Shown in pieces: positions 26,737-38,149 of a DNA stretch of 64,000 nt; the first letter of the stretch is position 1, and each line of letters starts with the position of its first letter. This DNA comes from Octopus sinensis (Eukaryota). The position numbers and the translations under genes are program-made. The notes beneath the pieces are model-generated. The model did no database searches. It had not been told where the DNA came from and worked only from the letters and a program-made list of their open reading frames with translations. The stretch covers positions 68,634,001-68,698,000 of the forward strand of contig NC_043003.1 in the NCBI RefSeq assembly GCF_006345805.1, written 5' to 3'.

Positions 26737-27001
26737 CCCAAACAATTCACAAGATTCACCAGAACTATTCGAACAGACACCAACCAAAAGTCATCACAGT
26801 TGCTCCCATTGGAACACAAGGTAAAACCTAAAATGAATTCCTCGCTTTTTCAAGAACATGAATTTTTTATATTGAATGCATATCACCACTATGAACTACT
26901 ACATCATACTCTTTAAACATAAAGCATGGAGTCGCTTCACTATATATGATTTTTTTTATTATATATGAATTTTTTATATTTGATAGCATGAACTATCTTT
27001 T

Positions 27002-27052
27002 TTTTTTTTTGATAAGGTTCGTCATTTCAAGAACTGAAACATGTTAAATAAA
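27002..27052 (+). ncRNA. Hammerhead-like motif (U3:A8 variant) at the PLE 3' end
   Basis: UUGAUAA-GGUUC-loop-GAACU-GAAA-CAUG-UU-AAAU; palindromic ACAUGU in stem III; AATAAA at 27047-27052. Confidence 0.45.
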
Positions 27053-27156
27053 TAATGTATATATAAAAATTAAAAATTTGTCTAATATAGCAGCATTTTC
27101 AAACTTCATTTTTTACAAATATATACCCACTCGTATACGAGCTAATCTTATTATAA

Positions 27157-27190
<34 letters not shown>

Positions 27191-27235
27191 GAGATCAACA
27201 TACACACACGCACACACATATATAAATGCATTCTT

Positions 27236-27472
27236 TTATTCCTTTACTTGTTTCAGTCCTTTAACTGAGGCCATGCTGGAGCACCGCCTTACGGCGATCA
27301 AATGGACTACAAGACTTGTTTTCTGTAAGTCTAGTACTTATTCTATCTTTTTCTTTTGTCGAACCGCTAAGTTACGGGGGTGTGAACACACTTCAGCAAG
27401 GTACCTCGTAATGGGACTGAATCCGGAACTCTGTAGTTGGGAAGCAAGCTTTTTACCACACAGCCTGCGCCT
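27236..27472 (-). mobile_element. SINE family B, internally deleted
   Basis: Reverse complement of the family B head (aggcgcaggctgtgtggtaaaaagcttgcttcccaac) and 3' end (ggcggtgctccagcatggcc). Confidence 0.75.
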
Positions 27473-27868
27473 ATGTGTATACATATATATATATATATAT
27501 ATATGTGTATGTGTATACATATACATATACATGTATGTATGTATAATGTGTGTGTATGTGTGTATATACATGTATATATATATATATATATATGTATGTA
27601 TACATTTAATAAAAATACATATTTAATGTTTGTGTGTGTCTGTGTCTGTGTACCATCTCATATACACTGTGTAAAGGAACGAGTTAGTAGCAGATTGTTG
27701 ATTGCAGATTCGTGTGTGGTCATGTTTTTATAACACGCCTTGTATCTCCAGGCAATCCTAGAGGAGGAAGTCTTCATATGAAACCTGCTTATAAAGGAAC
27801 GGGCTACTAGTAGCTCATTACTTTATACTCTTTACATTCACTGATATTTATGTCTCACGCAAAGTATC

Positions 27869-28080
27869 GAGCTGGCAGAAACGTTAGCGCGCCAAACGAA
27901 ATGCTTAGAGGTATTACGTCTGTCTTTACGCTCTGAGTTCATATTGCGCCGTGGTCGACTTTGTCTTTAATCCTTTCGGGGACGAAAGGATGTAATTATG
28001 TAGCAGTTGCGTACTGGAGTCCATCAATCGACTGCCCTCCCCTCCATAAATTTCGGGCCTTGTGCGTAGAATAGAAAAGG
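27869..28080 (+). mobile_element. SINE family A
   Basis: gagctggcagaaacgttagcgcgcc..gaaatgcttag..ctgagttca..gtcgactttg..cctttcgggg. Confidence 0.75.
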
Positions 28081-28144
28081 ATATTTATCTCTCATTGAAT
28101 GGAGTACTTCCATGTTGATCTCATCTTAACGCAGTAGTAAACTA

Positions 28145-28177
<33 letters not shown>

Positions 28178-28199
28178 TGTGTGTGTGTGTGTATCTTTC

Positions 28200-28395
28200 T
28201 GTTTATGTTTGTCCCTCAGACATCTGACAATCGACATTTGATTGTTTATGTCCCCGTAACAAAATAGTTCAGCAAACTAGGCTGAAATAATAAGTACTAC
28301 ATTGAAAAATAAGCATCGAGGACTATATGTTCGACTAATCACTTCAAAGTGGTGATCCAGCATGGCCCCATACCAATGACTAAGACAAGTAAAAA
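28200..28395 (+). mobile_element. SINE family B, degenerate 3' half
   Basis: tttgtccc...gtttatgtccccgtaac...aataagtact...ggtgatccagcatggcc...aatgactaagacaagtaaaa. Confidence 0.5.
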
Positions 28396-28775
28396 AACAA
28401 ACATATGCCAAACAAAACAAAGTTAAAGATAACACAATGTGATCCTCAAACCATTCAGTTATACGGCTGTGTGTTTTCTTCCTCAGAGATTCCATGTGTA
28501 TTGCTAGCGTATAATTTCGTTATTCTCGGTCTTAAATTAACTCATTCAATTTTATTGTGATTCTATTATCTGCTTTAAAGCTCTTGGATTATGTGCATTT
28601 CTTCAATTCCGTGGTGTTATTGAAAGCCAATAATTACATCAGCATTATATAAATATATTTTATTTACAATTAAATCATTTAAAATGTTTATAAGTAATTA
28701 AGTTTCTATTCATAAAGAGTTTGAATGGTGATTACATAAATAGAAATAATTGTAAGTAATGTTTAATGATGAAAG

Positions 28776-28806
28776 TATATTCTTGTCGTTAAACCGGATG
28801 ACGCCA

Positions 28807-28859
<53 letters not shown>

Positions 28860-28895
28860 TACATAAATATAAGTGTATATATATATAATATATAT

Positions 28896-28949
<54 letters not shown>

Positions 28950-28951
28950 AT

Positions 28952-28984
<33 letters not shown>

Positions 28985-29030
28985 CGCACACATGTGCAGT
29001 GGCGTCATTCGGTTTAATGACAAGAATATA
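28776..29030. repeat. Foldback: about 36-bp inverted repeats enclosing a (TA)n core
   Basis: tatattcttgtcgttaaaccggatgacgccaccgca / tgcagtggcgtcattcggtttaatgacaagaatata. Confidence 0.78.
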
Positions 29031-29089
29031 TTTTACATAAACACTCACGCACACACGCACACACGCGCATATATATAGAGATGCATACG

Positions 29090-29127
<38 letters not shown>

Positions 29128-30178
29128 ATATATATATAATATATATACACAAATATATGTATGTGAGTGTGTCTGTTTGTACACAAATACTTAATTATTC
29201 ATACACGTATACACACACACAACCTAACGAGTACGTGGCCTGATGTGTGTGTGCACTCATAGTCAGATAAATATTGAGAAAACTAAATAGACAGACGGAG
29301 AGCAAGAGGGAGACAGAGAGAGAGAGAGAGACAGAGAGACAGAGACAGACAGACAGGCAGAATGATAATAAAGTTTGTAAAGTGGTTGATAGGAAGGTAA
29401 ATAAGTTCATTTTTACTGCTGTTAGATCTTGCAATCAGTTATATTCAAAATACTTCAGAAAAGAATTTAATTTAAATATTTAATGTGCTTCTAGTTTTCT
29501 GATAAACATCGTTTATCAAACATTGTTGGCTTAACAAAGACAGCCATAAAGATTGACCAAATACCACGTGGCTATCAAGATCCATTAATCTAGCTTGTTA
29601 GTATTCCAATTATTTGATGTAATAAAATTCTCTTTTATCTTCGATTTCATTAGCGAAGACTTTATAAAAATATGTTAATGAATCGCTTTGTTGAAATAAC
29701 GATGGGCGACATAGCTGATAGACAGCATTTTTTTTCTTTCTCTCTGGATATTTAATAAAATAGCCATATATAAATTTTATGGTTTATTACATTTCATTTA
29801 CAAATACATGTCTTCGTCAGCGTGGGATTGTCGTAACATGACGATGCATTGACAATCCTGAATATAGAAACTAGGATCCGATTTTATTTCACCAACTGCA
29901 TCTCATTTGTTTATCGTTACAATTACTATTAATTATAGTCAATCTACCCTCAGGAAAAATGGTGAAACATATAAGGACAATTTCTATCTGCTAAATACGA
30001 GTAGAGTACTTTGGCCGATGCACGACGATGACACGAAAATTCGTGAAACACCCGTGCGGTTAAGGTGCTTGCATTGCAACTACATAGTTTTCTCTTCTAT
30101 AAATCTATAAATGGTGGCGGCGATGGTCAATGGTCTTGCGACGTTAGAGATAGATAGATAGATAGATAGATAGATAGG

Positions 30179-30221
<43 letters not shown>

Positions 30222-30340
30222 CAATTAAGGATAACCTCCTACTAAGGAATCTTAACAAGAAATTATCAGGTAGATAGCGTGAAAAACCTCATAAGAGAAA
30301 CATTTCGAAAATAATTCTTTCTTATTGAACATATTAATTT

Positions 30341-30484
30341 ATATATAGAGGGTATTATTATACATACATGCCACACGCTATGTCTTGCTTTGAAAAAATT
30401 GCATTGGGTAGGATTAGTAAAAATTTTTGGTAGAATGACTAATGTCCCTCGTAGCGTGTGGCATGTATGTATAATAATGCCCTC

Positions 30485-30491
<7 letters not shown>
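30341..30491. repeat. Foldback with 40-bp inverted arms
   Basis: atatatagagggtattattatacatacatgccacacgcta / tagcgtgtggcatgtatgtataataatgccctctatatat. Confidence 0.8.
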
Positions 30492-30532
<41 letters not shown>

Positions 30533-30537
30533 ATATA

Positions 30538-30569
<32 letters not shown>

Positions 30570-30574
30570 TGAGA

Positions 30575-30712
30575 AATGCGCAAAGCAACTACTGCCACAA
30601 TTTTTAATCTTCCCATTTTACCAATGTGCTTTCGGATCATCAACACAAATGAGACTGAACAAGGAAACATTCTTCATTGAAAAGTACAAACCCAGACTCA
30701 ACCATCCGAACA
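30575..30712 (+). mobile_element. PLE GIY-YIG C-terminal fragment
   Basis: PQFLIFPFYQCAFGSSTQMRLNKETFFIEKYKPRLN parallels PKFTTYPLYKFSDNVTFTQRQNKELYFIKKFRPILN of the 24794 element. Confidence 0.65.
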
Positions 30713-31083
30713 TACTGACACAGAGAAATTAACAAGGAAAAGGGAAAAAAAATTTGTAAGCGATTATCTCCCTTACACCGGAAGAAATCACTCACTACCT
30801 CCCCTTATTTAGAAATCTCCTGGAAATAAAAACAACGATAACTCCATGCAATATAAACATAACGTCACAAGAAATTTGAAAAGCTACACGCGAAACCGGT
30901 AATTTATTTTAAAATTTTTAAATTATGTCATTTTAAGGAAAGGAAAAAAAAATTTTCCAATATTCTCCAGACATTTTGACACAAATATATATATTTTTTA
31001 ACATTTAAGCCTTCTGTCGTTTTTTCACACTTTACTATTTTCTTATATATTCACCCACGTGCTTTACCAAACAAACTTTCTTA

Positions 31084-31131
<48 letters not shown>

Positions 31132-31634
31132 ATATATGTGGGTAGGCATGTCATTTTTCAGGTTTATTTCTAGAAATCTTGCCAATAAAGAGCCGGCTTC
31201 TAACCGAGGTCCAAGGCTCGTTCATTGGAAGTTCAACATTTGTATTCATGTATGTATGCATGTATGTATGTTTGTGTGTATGTATATGTGCAGATTTGTA
31301 TGTTCTGCTTTATGTATGTATTCTAATGCATATAGTTGCATATTTAGACATGCTCATATATATTTGAAAAATAAGCTTCTGAAAAGTTTTACAGATTTTT
31401 ACAGTTCCAATGATGAATTCGATCTCTAGTCTTCAAAATAGATTTCACCTTTATTTTTCCATTATTTTTCGTTATAGTTTCTTAAGTAATAGCAATTCTT
31501 GTAAAGATAAGATAACTCCTGGTTTAACTCCCGAGAACGTCTTTATTATAAATATCTTGTGTAATTGACCGACGAAATCCTTTCTCTCCATTTATCTAGT
31601 TCCTAAGGAATCGAACTCAATAGTTAATATATTG

Positions 31635-32306
31635 ATATCGAAGAAACGAACCAAGAGAAAGTGAGGAAGGAGTCTAATAAAGCACATTACGGTTGTGAAG
31701 TCAAATTCTCTCCTACAAATGTACAAAAATGAATACGTGGCCTTAAATTCTTATTAGGATACACCGCGGTCAGACACGTAACTGTTTTTGTGTCACATAC
31801 CCTAATCTGGATATTGTTCTTGCTTGAAACTTCATTGTCCAATTAGCCATACCAAATCGTTAGCGTCCAAACAGCTGCGCCCACTTGTCTCATCCTGTTT
31901 CAATGGTTTGATCCTAAGCAGGAATTCTTCCCCTTAAATTTCGACTGGTGCGCATGCACAGAATTAGAGAAACTACATCTGCTTACTGGATGCTTTATCG
32001 TTTGTATTGTGAAAGCGTATGACTTGCTGGTTAGGAGTATTGGACTAACGATTGTAAGTTCATGAGTTGGATACCCGACGCAGCGTTGTATCCTATTAAT
32101 ATCGAAGAAACGAATAAACAGAAAATTGAGGAAGGTGTCTAATATAGCACTATACATTTGTGAGAGCGAACCCTCACCTACAAGGGTACTAAAATAAATA
32201 CATCTCTTTTAAATTGCCTGCTAGGGCACACCGCGTTCAGATATTTAACCTGTTTTTTTGTTGTGCCATATGTCCTGATTTGAACACTGTTCATGTTTTA
32301 AATTTC
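31635..32306. repeat. Diverged direct duplication of about 200 bp
   Basis: 31635-31832 and 32099-32306 align (atatcgaagaaacgaa..gaggaagg.gtctaata.agcac..cacc gcg.tcaga). Confidence 0.7.
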
Positions 32307-32644
32307 TTTTCAACTTATAACCGCATCATTCATCTTATTTCCATGTACACGATCCTGCATGGTGAGTAATTCTTGTTAGAATCCTTGGATCGAAGCTTCA
32401 TCCGGACATACATCGGAGACTCATTTACCTGTTTTAACCTCTAGATTGTGTGCGTAAGTGTATATCTATGTGTATGTCTATGTGTGTGTGTGTGTTGTGT
32501 GTGTGTGTGTGTGTGTGTGAGTGTAAAGACAATAAATCCAAACTTAATAGAATAATTACTGATAAGTATCCTTACACCAATTAATTTTTTGAACTATTTA
32601 AGTAGTATAATATTTGCATAATTATAACAGGCCATACCTATATC

Positions 32645-32789
32645 CAGGTCACTGCCTGGAATCGATTTCGGAATGTTGGGGTTAGTTGCCCGTGCTCTTA
32701 ACCACTATGCCATATGCCCGCAGGAATTTGGCGTGGTTAAGAGCACGGGCTACTAACCCCATGATTCCGAGTTCGATTCCAGGCAGTAA

Positions 32790-32793
<4 letters not shown>
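32645..32793. mobile_element. Head-to-head palindromic tRNA-derived element followed by (AAT)n(AAC)n
   Basis: Arms caggtcactgcctggaatcga..gtgctcttaaccac / gtggttaagagcac..tcgattccaggcagtaacctg; B box GTTCGATTCC; same head as 48215-48289. Confidence 0.8.
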
Positions 32794-32861
<68 letters not shown>

Positions 32862-33129
32862 CAACAACAACAACAACATCGGAAAAAAGGCCATATATAA
32901 TATAAAAAAGTTTATTAATGAAATATCAAAATATATGTGATCCAAACTAGGAACTCAAGCTTGTAGATATTTTAATTCCAGCTTCGCTTTTGTTAAAATC
33001 TACTTTTGAGCATTGACGATCAACATTATTTTCATATCAGGAGCTTCATCGTCTTGTCTTTTTCGTCCTCAGTTTCGTATATTTCACCTCCTCGTTCTTC
33101 ACATTGAGAAATGTATTAAAGTTTGGTTG

Positions 33130-33327
33130 CAAATTTTGGCGCAAGGGCATCGATTTCAGTGGAGGGGTAAGTTGGTTACATCGACCCCCATTGTTCTGTT
33201 GGTACTTATTTTATCGACCCTGAAAGGATGATATGGAAAGTCGACGTTGGCGGAATTTGAACTCAGAACGTGAAGACGGACGAAATGCCTCTAAGCATTT
33301 TGCCCGGCGTGCTAACGATTCCGCCAC
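33130..33327 (-). mobile_element. SINE family A
   Basis: Reverse complement of the family A core (ggcggaatttgaactcagaacg..gaaatgcc..aagcattttgcccggcgtgctaacgattc). Confidence 0.75.
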
Positions 33328-33472
33328 TTTGAGAATTGTATAAATATTATTTGTACTTCAACTTTGTTTAGAGTTAATGGAATAGAAATTATCGTGGCTT
33401 GATTCTTCCATTATTTCATCAGTTAATAAAACAAATATTCCATCTTCATCATCATCATTATTATTATTATTA

Positions 33473-33526
<54 letters not shown>

Positions 33527-34468
33527 TTTATTATTCAGTGCTACATAAAATAAGAGAACATATTATAGCACAGTTTTTTTTTTATCAAATACCAAAGTCA
33601 GAGAGAACAATTTACGTATCGTATCATTTTTATTTATTTTTTACTGCAAACATAAAACAGATAAGCTTACGCTAGTTCACATGAAATATAATTACATTTA
33701 TTCAAAAATTATATACTACCGAGGTCCTTGTTCATAGTGATCATCTTACTTTTCTTTTCTCGTTCGCATTTTTTGTTTTGTATTGTTTTTTTTGTTTTGT
33801 TTTTTTTTTGCCATATCTATGTACCAGTTATTGTATATAGAAGGCTAATCGTACTTGTTGGTAAACTAGTTTTGAGATACTTCAGTGCATGTAGTATCGG
33901 AAATTAAAACTGAATATATAAACGCTGTTTATCTTCTTTTGTAAGTACAAACTAAACTTTCCATCATGGTCTTTCTAAACAACAGTCTTGATGCTTTTCA
34001 TACTCAGTTTATGTTTTAAATAATTTTTTGTAGAGAATCTCTGTTTGATACAAATCTCATTGATAGAAATGAACAGACATAGGATTGAAAACTTTATCGC
34101 AGTAAGAATTGTTCCCTCTGTAAAACTTGCATTAAATTACACTCACTCGAAAAGCGACCAGACAAATGCGTTCGGATACCATCCTGAGTATTACAAAAGT
34201 CAGTGTTAAACAATAAATGCAGGGACTCTTTGTACGCATTAGTCAAACCAGCATGCATTCATTCTTTTATAAGCTATTATATCATCAGTAAGTCGAGTGT
34301 GAATACGAGAGGCGCCATACCAAATGACTATATAATTGTTTCTACTGTAGACACAAAGCATGGAATTTTGTAGATCAGGAGGAGATCGATTACATCGACC
34401 CCCGTATTTTAGAGAACTCAAAGGATAAAAGACAAAGTTGATCTCTGTGGTGTTTGAAATAGATACCT

Positions 34469-34686
34469 ATTTCTTTACTGCCCACAATTGGCTACACACA
34501 GAGGGGACAAACGAATTAAGTCGATTATATCGACCCCAGTGCATAACTGGTACTTATTTAATCGACCCCGAAAGGATGAAAGGCAAAGTTGACCTCGACG
34601 GAATTTGAACTCAGAATGTAACGGCAGACGAAATACCGCTAAGTATTTCACCCGGCGTACTAACGTTTCTGCCAGCACGCCGCCTT
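34469..34686 (-). mobile_element. SINE family A (plus a partial copy at about 34370-34460)
   Basis: Reverse complement of the family A body including the 5' end ctgccagc.cgccgcct. Confidence 0.8.
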
Positions 34687-34789
34687 TGAAATAGACACCG
34701 CTAATCATTATTTTTATCGGCGTGCTAATGATTCTGTCCGCTCATCGAATTCAATGACGATATAATCCGATGTCATGAGGCATGTAAAT

Positions 34790-35425
34790 GAACATAGAAT
34801 CCCGATTTACTCAAAACATTCCTTTTTCCATCTGCAATACACAATTTAAGAAATTTGGAAAAAGAAATCTAATCTGGTATAATCCTCTGAGCAGCATAGC
34901 TATCTCTACCAATGTTACCGGGAAAGTCATGACTTTAATTAGCCAGTATTTCAGAATTTCCAAATATTCCAATAAACATTTTGATTTTCATGAAGTTAAG
35001 ATCAGCTTCCAGCACCGCGCGTTATAATAAAGACAAACAAGCATTCATGTAATTTCCACGTCATATTTTCAGCTGCAACTTCTGAAATCCTACCGCCTGT
35101 CCACTGAGACGATTGTGCCTCTCGAAAGCATTCTTCTGCTAAGACACCATCATACCGCCGGATACATTATGAGAGATTATACTGACCTGGCTGCCAATTT
35201 TTTCGAATGATGATTTCCGCAGTACATACACTTCTTCAGATGGAGGAAGGGGAATCTTCAACTCTTCTCACTACATCTGAAGACCCTGTGATCACAGAAA
35301 CAACTCACCAAAGCCAACATCAAAACGAATGTATATGGCAGTTATCAGCTTTACCTGGAATTTAAATTTGTTAGTTCTCTCTCAATAAAAGACTAAACAT
35401 ATTCCAACCATTGTCGGCATCCATT
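34790..35425 (+). mobile_element. Decayed PLE of a second type (RT thumb + GIY-YIG)
   Basis: RNLIWYNPLSSIAISTNVTGKVMTLISQYF..HEVKISF (cf. RNIIWFNPP..V.TN.GK.F..L..KHF..VK.SY), then remnants of CNC..P..CPL...CL and LNKR..CRH. Confidence 0.7.
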
Positions 35426-35965
35426 GAGAGAAAGATAGATATTTCATTTTGATATTGTAGGAGTTAGACTCTTTTGATGTATTCAATATGTTAAACCTTG
35501 ATAATCCCGACATATCACCCTACTTATAGGTATATTATGCATGCAGCTTATGAAGTGATAACGCGCACATTTTTATACTTCTATGATCGAAGTATAACAT
35601 CACACACCATTGATTAAGTGGTATTAAAAGCCTACTTACTGAAGTATAACTCTGTGTCAACACTTTGTTGTGTGTGTGAGTGTGTGTGTGTGGTGTGTGT
35701 GTGTGTGCGTGTTTGTGTCTTTGTGTGTGTGTGAGTGTGTGTGTGTGTGTGTGTGCGCGCGCGCTCTCACGTGCGTGTATGTGAGTGCAGACATATTCAC
35801 ACGCGATTTTCGTTAAATAATTATGTGAAAATTGAGTTCCCTGCCTTGGTAACCTGATCGGAACTCAAAATATGTTGACATTAAGTAAATAATATATACG
35901 TATGTACGTATATACGCTTAGTCTTTTTGTTTCTACGTATGTATGTACGTATGTTTGCATGTATG

Positions 35966-36016
<51 letters not shown>

Positions 36017-36161
36017 ATCACGTGACCGACCAGACCATCAGATGTTGTTACACATCGCTGGTAACAATGCGTTCGCATTGTTTTAGCCTTCGAATGACGC
36101 CACCCCGCTGGCTAAGCGAGCAGGCCATATATATATATAATATATATATATATACCAGAGT

Positions 36162-36714
36162 GATATGTCCCGCATTATGACAACGTAACTTCGTCGTCTG
36201 TGTAACTGGCCCGTACTGCTTGTTGTGTCTGTCCACTATTTATCAGCATTGGAACAGCCCAATTCTCACTTGGGGGCGTCCACTGCAACACCTCCCTGCT
36301 TTGATAATTTTTTTCTTCTTTCATACACATTTCCCCTTCAGTACCAATCAACATTGTTTACCGGTAATGGTACTAACACATAGCGACCGACCTGACTAAA
36401 ATCCTTCAAACGGATTTATATTATCTTTCATCGTGTGTAGTTCAGTTCTTTGTTAGAATTTCAGTTTTATCAGACATATATTTTTCTTCAGAATCTTTTC
36501 TCAATAGAATTTATATATATTTTTCACTGTGTGTAGTTCAATTCTGTGTTAGTCTTATCTGCCACTGCATGTAGTTCGGCTCCACGTTGCTATTGATATG
36601 TCTCGCATTACGACAACGTGACTTCGTCGTCTGCCTGCCTGGCCCGTACGGTGTACCTTGCTGACTGTCTGTCCATCAGTAGTGGAACAGCCCATTTCTC
36701 ACTTGGAGGTGTCC
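36162..36714. repeat. Direct repeat pair of about 120 bp
   Basis: 36162-36280 and 36595-36714: gatatgtc.cgcatta.gacaacgt.acttcgtcgtctg..ctggcccgtac..tggaacagccca.ttctcacttgg.gg.gtcc. Confidence 0.75.
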
Positions 36715-37052
36715 GTAAGCATATAGATGCGAAACAAGGTGGAAAAAAATGGGTTCGAATACCGGAGGTAGAGTAACATGCTTTAGTAAAAAGGAGCAAA
36801 AGATCACAAAAACTGTTACTCAGAGTTTTAGGTTCCCGTTGTTCATGGGACAGTTTTGTTTATAATGGAACGAAATAAGGTTATATGCATAAATATACAA
36901 TTAGTTTCATAGAAACACATTTGGAAATGGTTTTGTTTCATTGGACCTTTCAACCAACGGTCTTTTCATGAAATTACAATTACGGCTGCATGAAATTACA
37001 ATTGCGGTTTAAAATCATATTATTCTGAAAATAGAAGAAAACCTTAAATCAA

Positions 37053-37097
37053 AAAAAAGCAACAAGAATGGATTAAATCCATTCTTGTTGCTTTTTT
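37053..37097. repeat. Perfect palindrome, 22-bp arms with a 1-nt spacer
   Basis: aaaaaagcaacaagaatggatt-a-aatccattcttgttgctttttt. Confidence 0.9.
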
Positions 37098-37545
37098 CCT
37101 ATTTTTTCCTATTGGTAATCACCCCACTTGTCGTATGGTTAGCACCATATAGATTTCCGGTGCATTCTAGTTAAGGACCATATTCATGTGAATTCCTTAG
37201 AATTCACTTGAATCTCAATTACTTAAACCGAATATATATATATATATACATATATTATGGCTGCCCCCTCGTTATCGAGTATGGCCATTGCACAAAGCTT
37301 AACTGTTAGTGGTGCTGTTATCGAATGTGACGTTTTAGCCCAGCCAAAGATCTACAATGTCTTATACATAATATATATGTACAATGTTTTGTACATGTGT
37401 ATTATATATATATATATTATATATATATATATATATAATATAATATATATATATATATATATAATATATATATATATACATATATATTATATGTTTGAAC
37501 GCCACGCATCCTCTTCCAATTAAGTTTTATGTACATATATGTACA

Positions 37546-37593
<48 letters not shown>

Positions 37594-37673
37594 GACGTTT
37601 AATTCAGCTTACGTTGAAAGTCAACAAACTTTCCCTTAGAAGCGTTTAAAAGTATTTCCTTATCTGTACCTTT

Positions 37674-37745
<72 letters not shown>

Positions 37746-37914
37746 AGGAATATATATGCACATATACACACAAGCATATGTATACATGGAGAGGGGGGGC
37801 TCAGGTGGAGATGGAGCTGTATGGTTTTATGTATGTTTCAATATGTGACCTCGTGAGTACCGCTGGCGATTTTTTTCCTCTGTCTTCCCTTCTTGGGATC
37901 TTTCCTTCTCCTAA

Positions 37915-37949
37915 GTTTCCGACGAAGAGCTCCGCTCCAAACGTTAAAC
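37915..37949 (+). ncRNA. Minimal hammerhead-like motif (mutated)
   Basis: GUUU-CCGACGA-A-GAGC-UCC-GCUC-[C]AAA-CG-UU-AAAC: 4-bp stems I and II, ACGU palindrome; U4->C and G12->C. Confidence 0.5.
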
Positions 37950-38149
37950 CCTCCTTCTTCCCTTCTTTCCTGAGCGTCCAATAATACTTTATTTGTTCCA
38001 CGTCCTCGCGTTGTTGTGTTTTTTTTTTGTTTTTTTTGTGTTTTCTTGTTTGGATTAACTTTATATATATGTATATATGTGTTTGTTTGTGTGTGTGTGT
38101 GTATTCTTATGTGTGTTTGTGTTTGTGTGTCTGTTTCTCTGTATATATA

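Larger units (their letters stand above)
24794..27052 (+). mobile_element. Penelope-like retroelement, 5'-truncated, with 3' pseudo-LTR
   Basis: RT + GIY-YIG ORF followed by about 850 bp of non-coding tail containing tandem repeats, a TATA box, an HHR-like motif and AATAAA. Confidence 0.92.
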
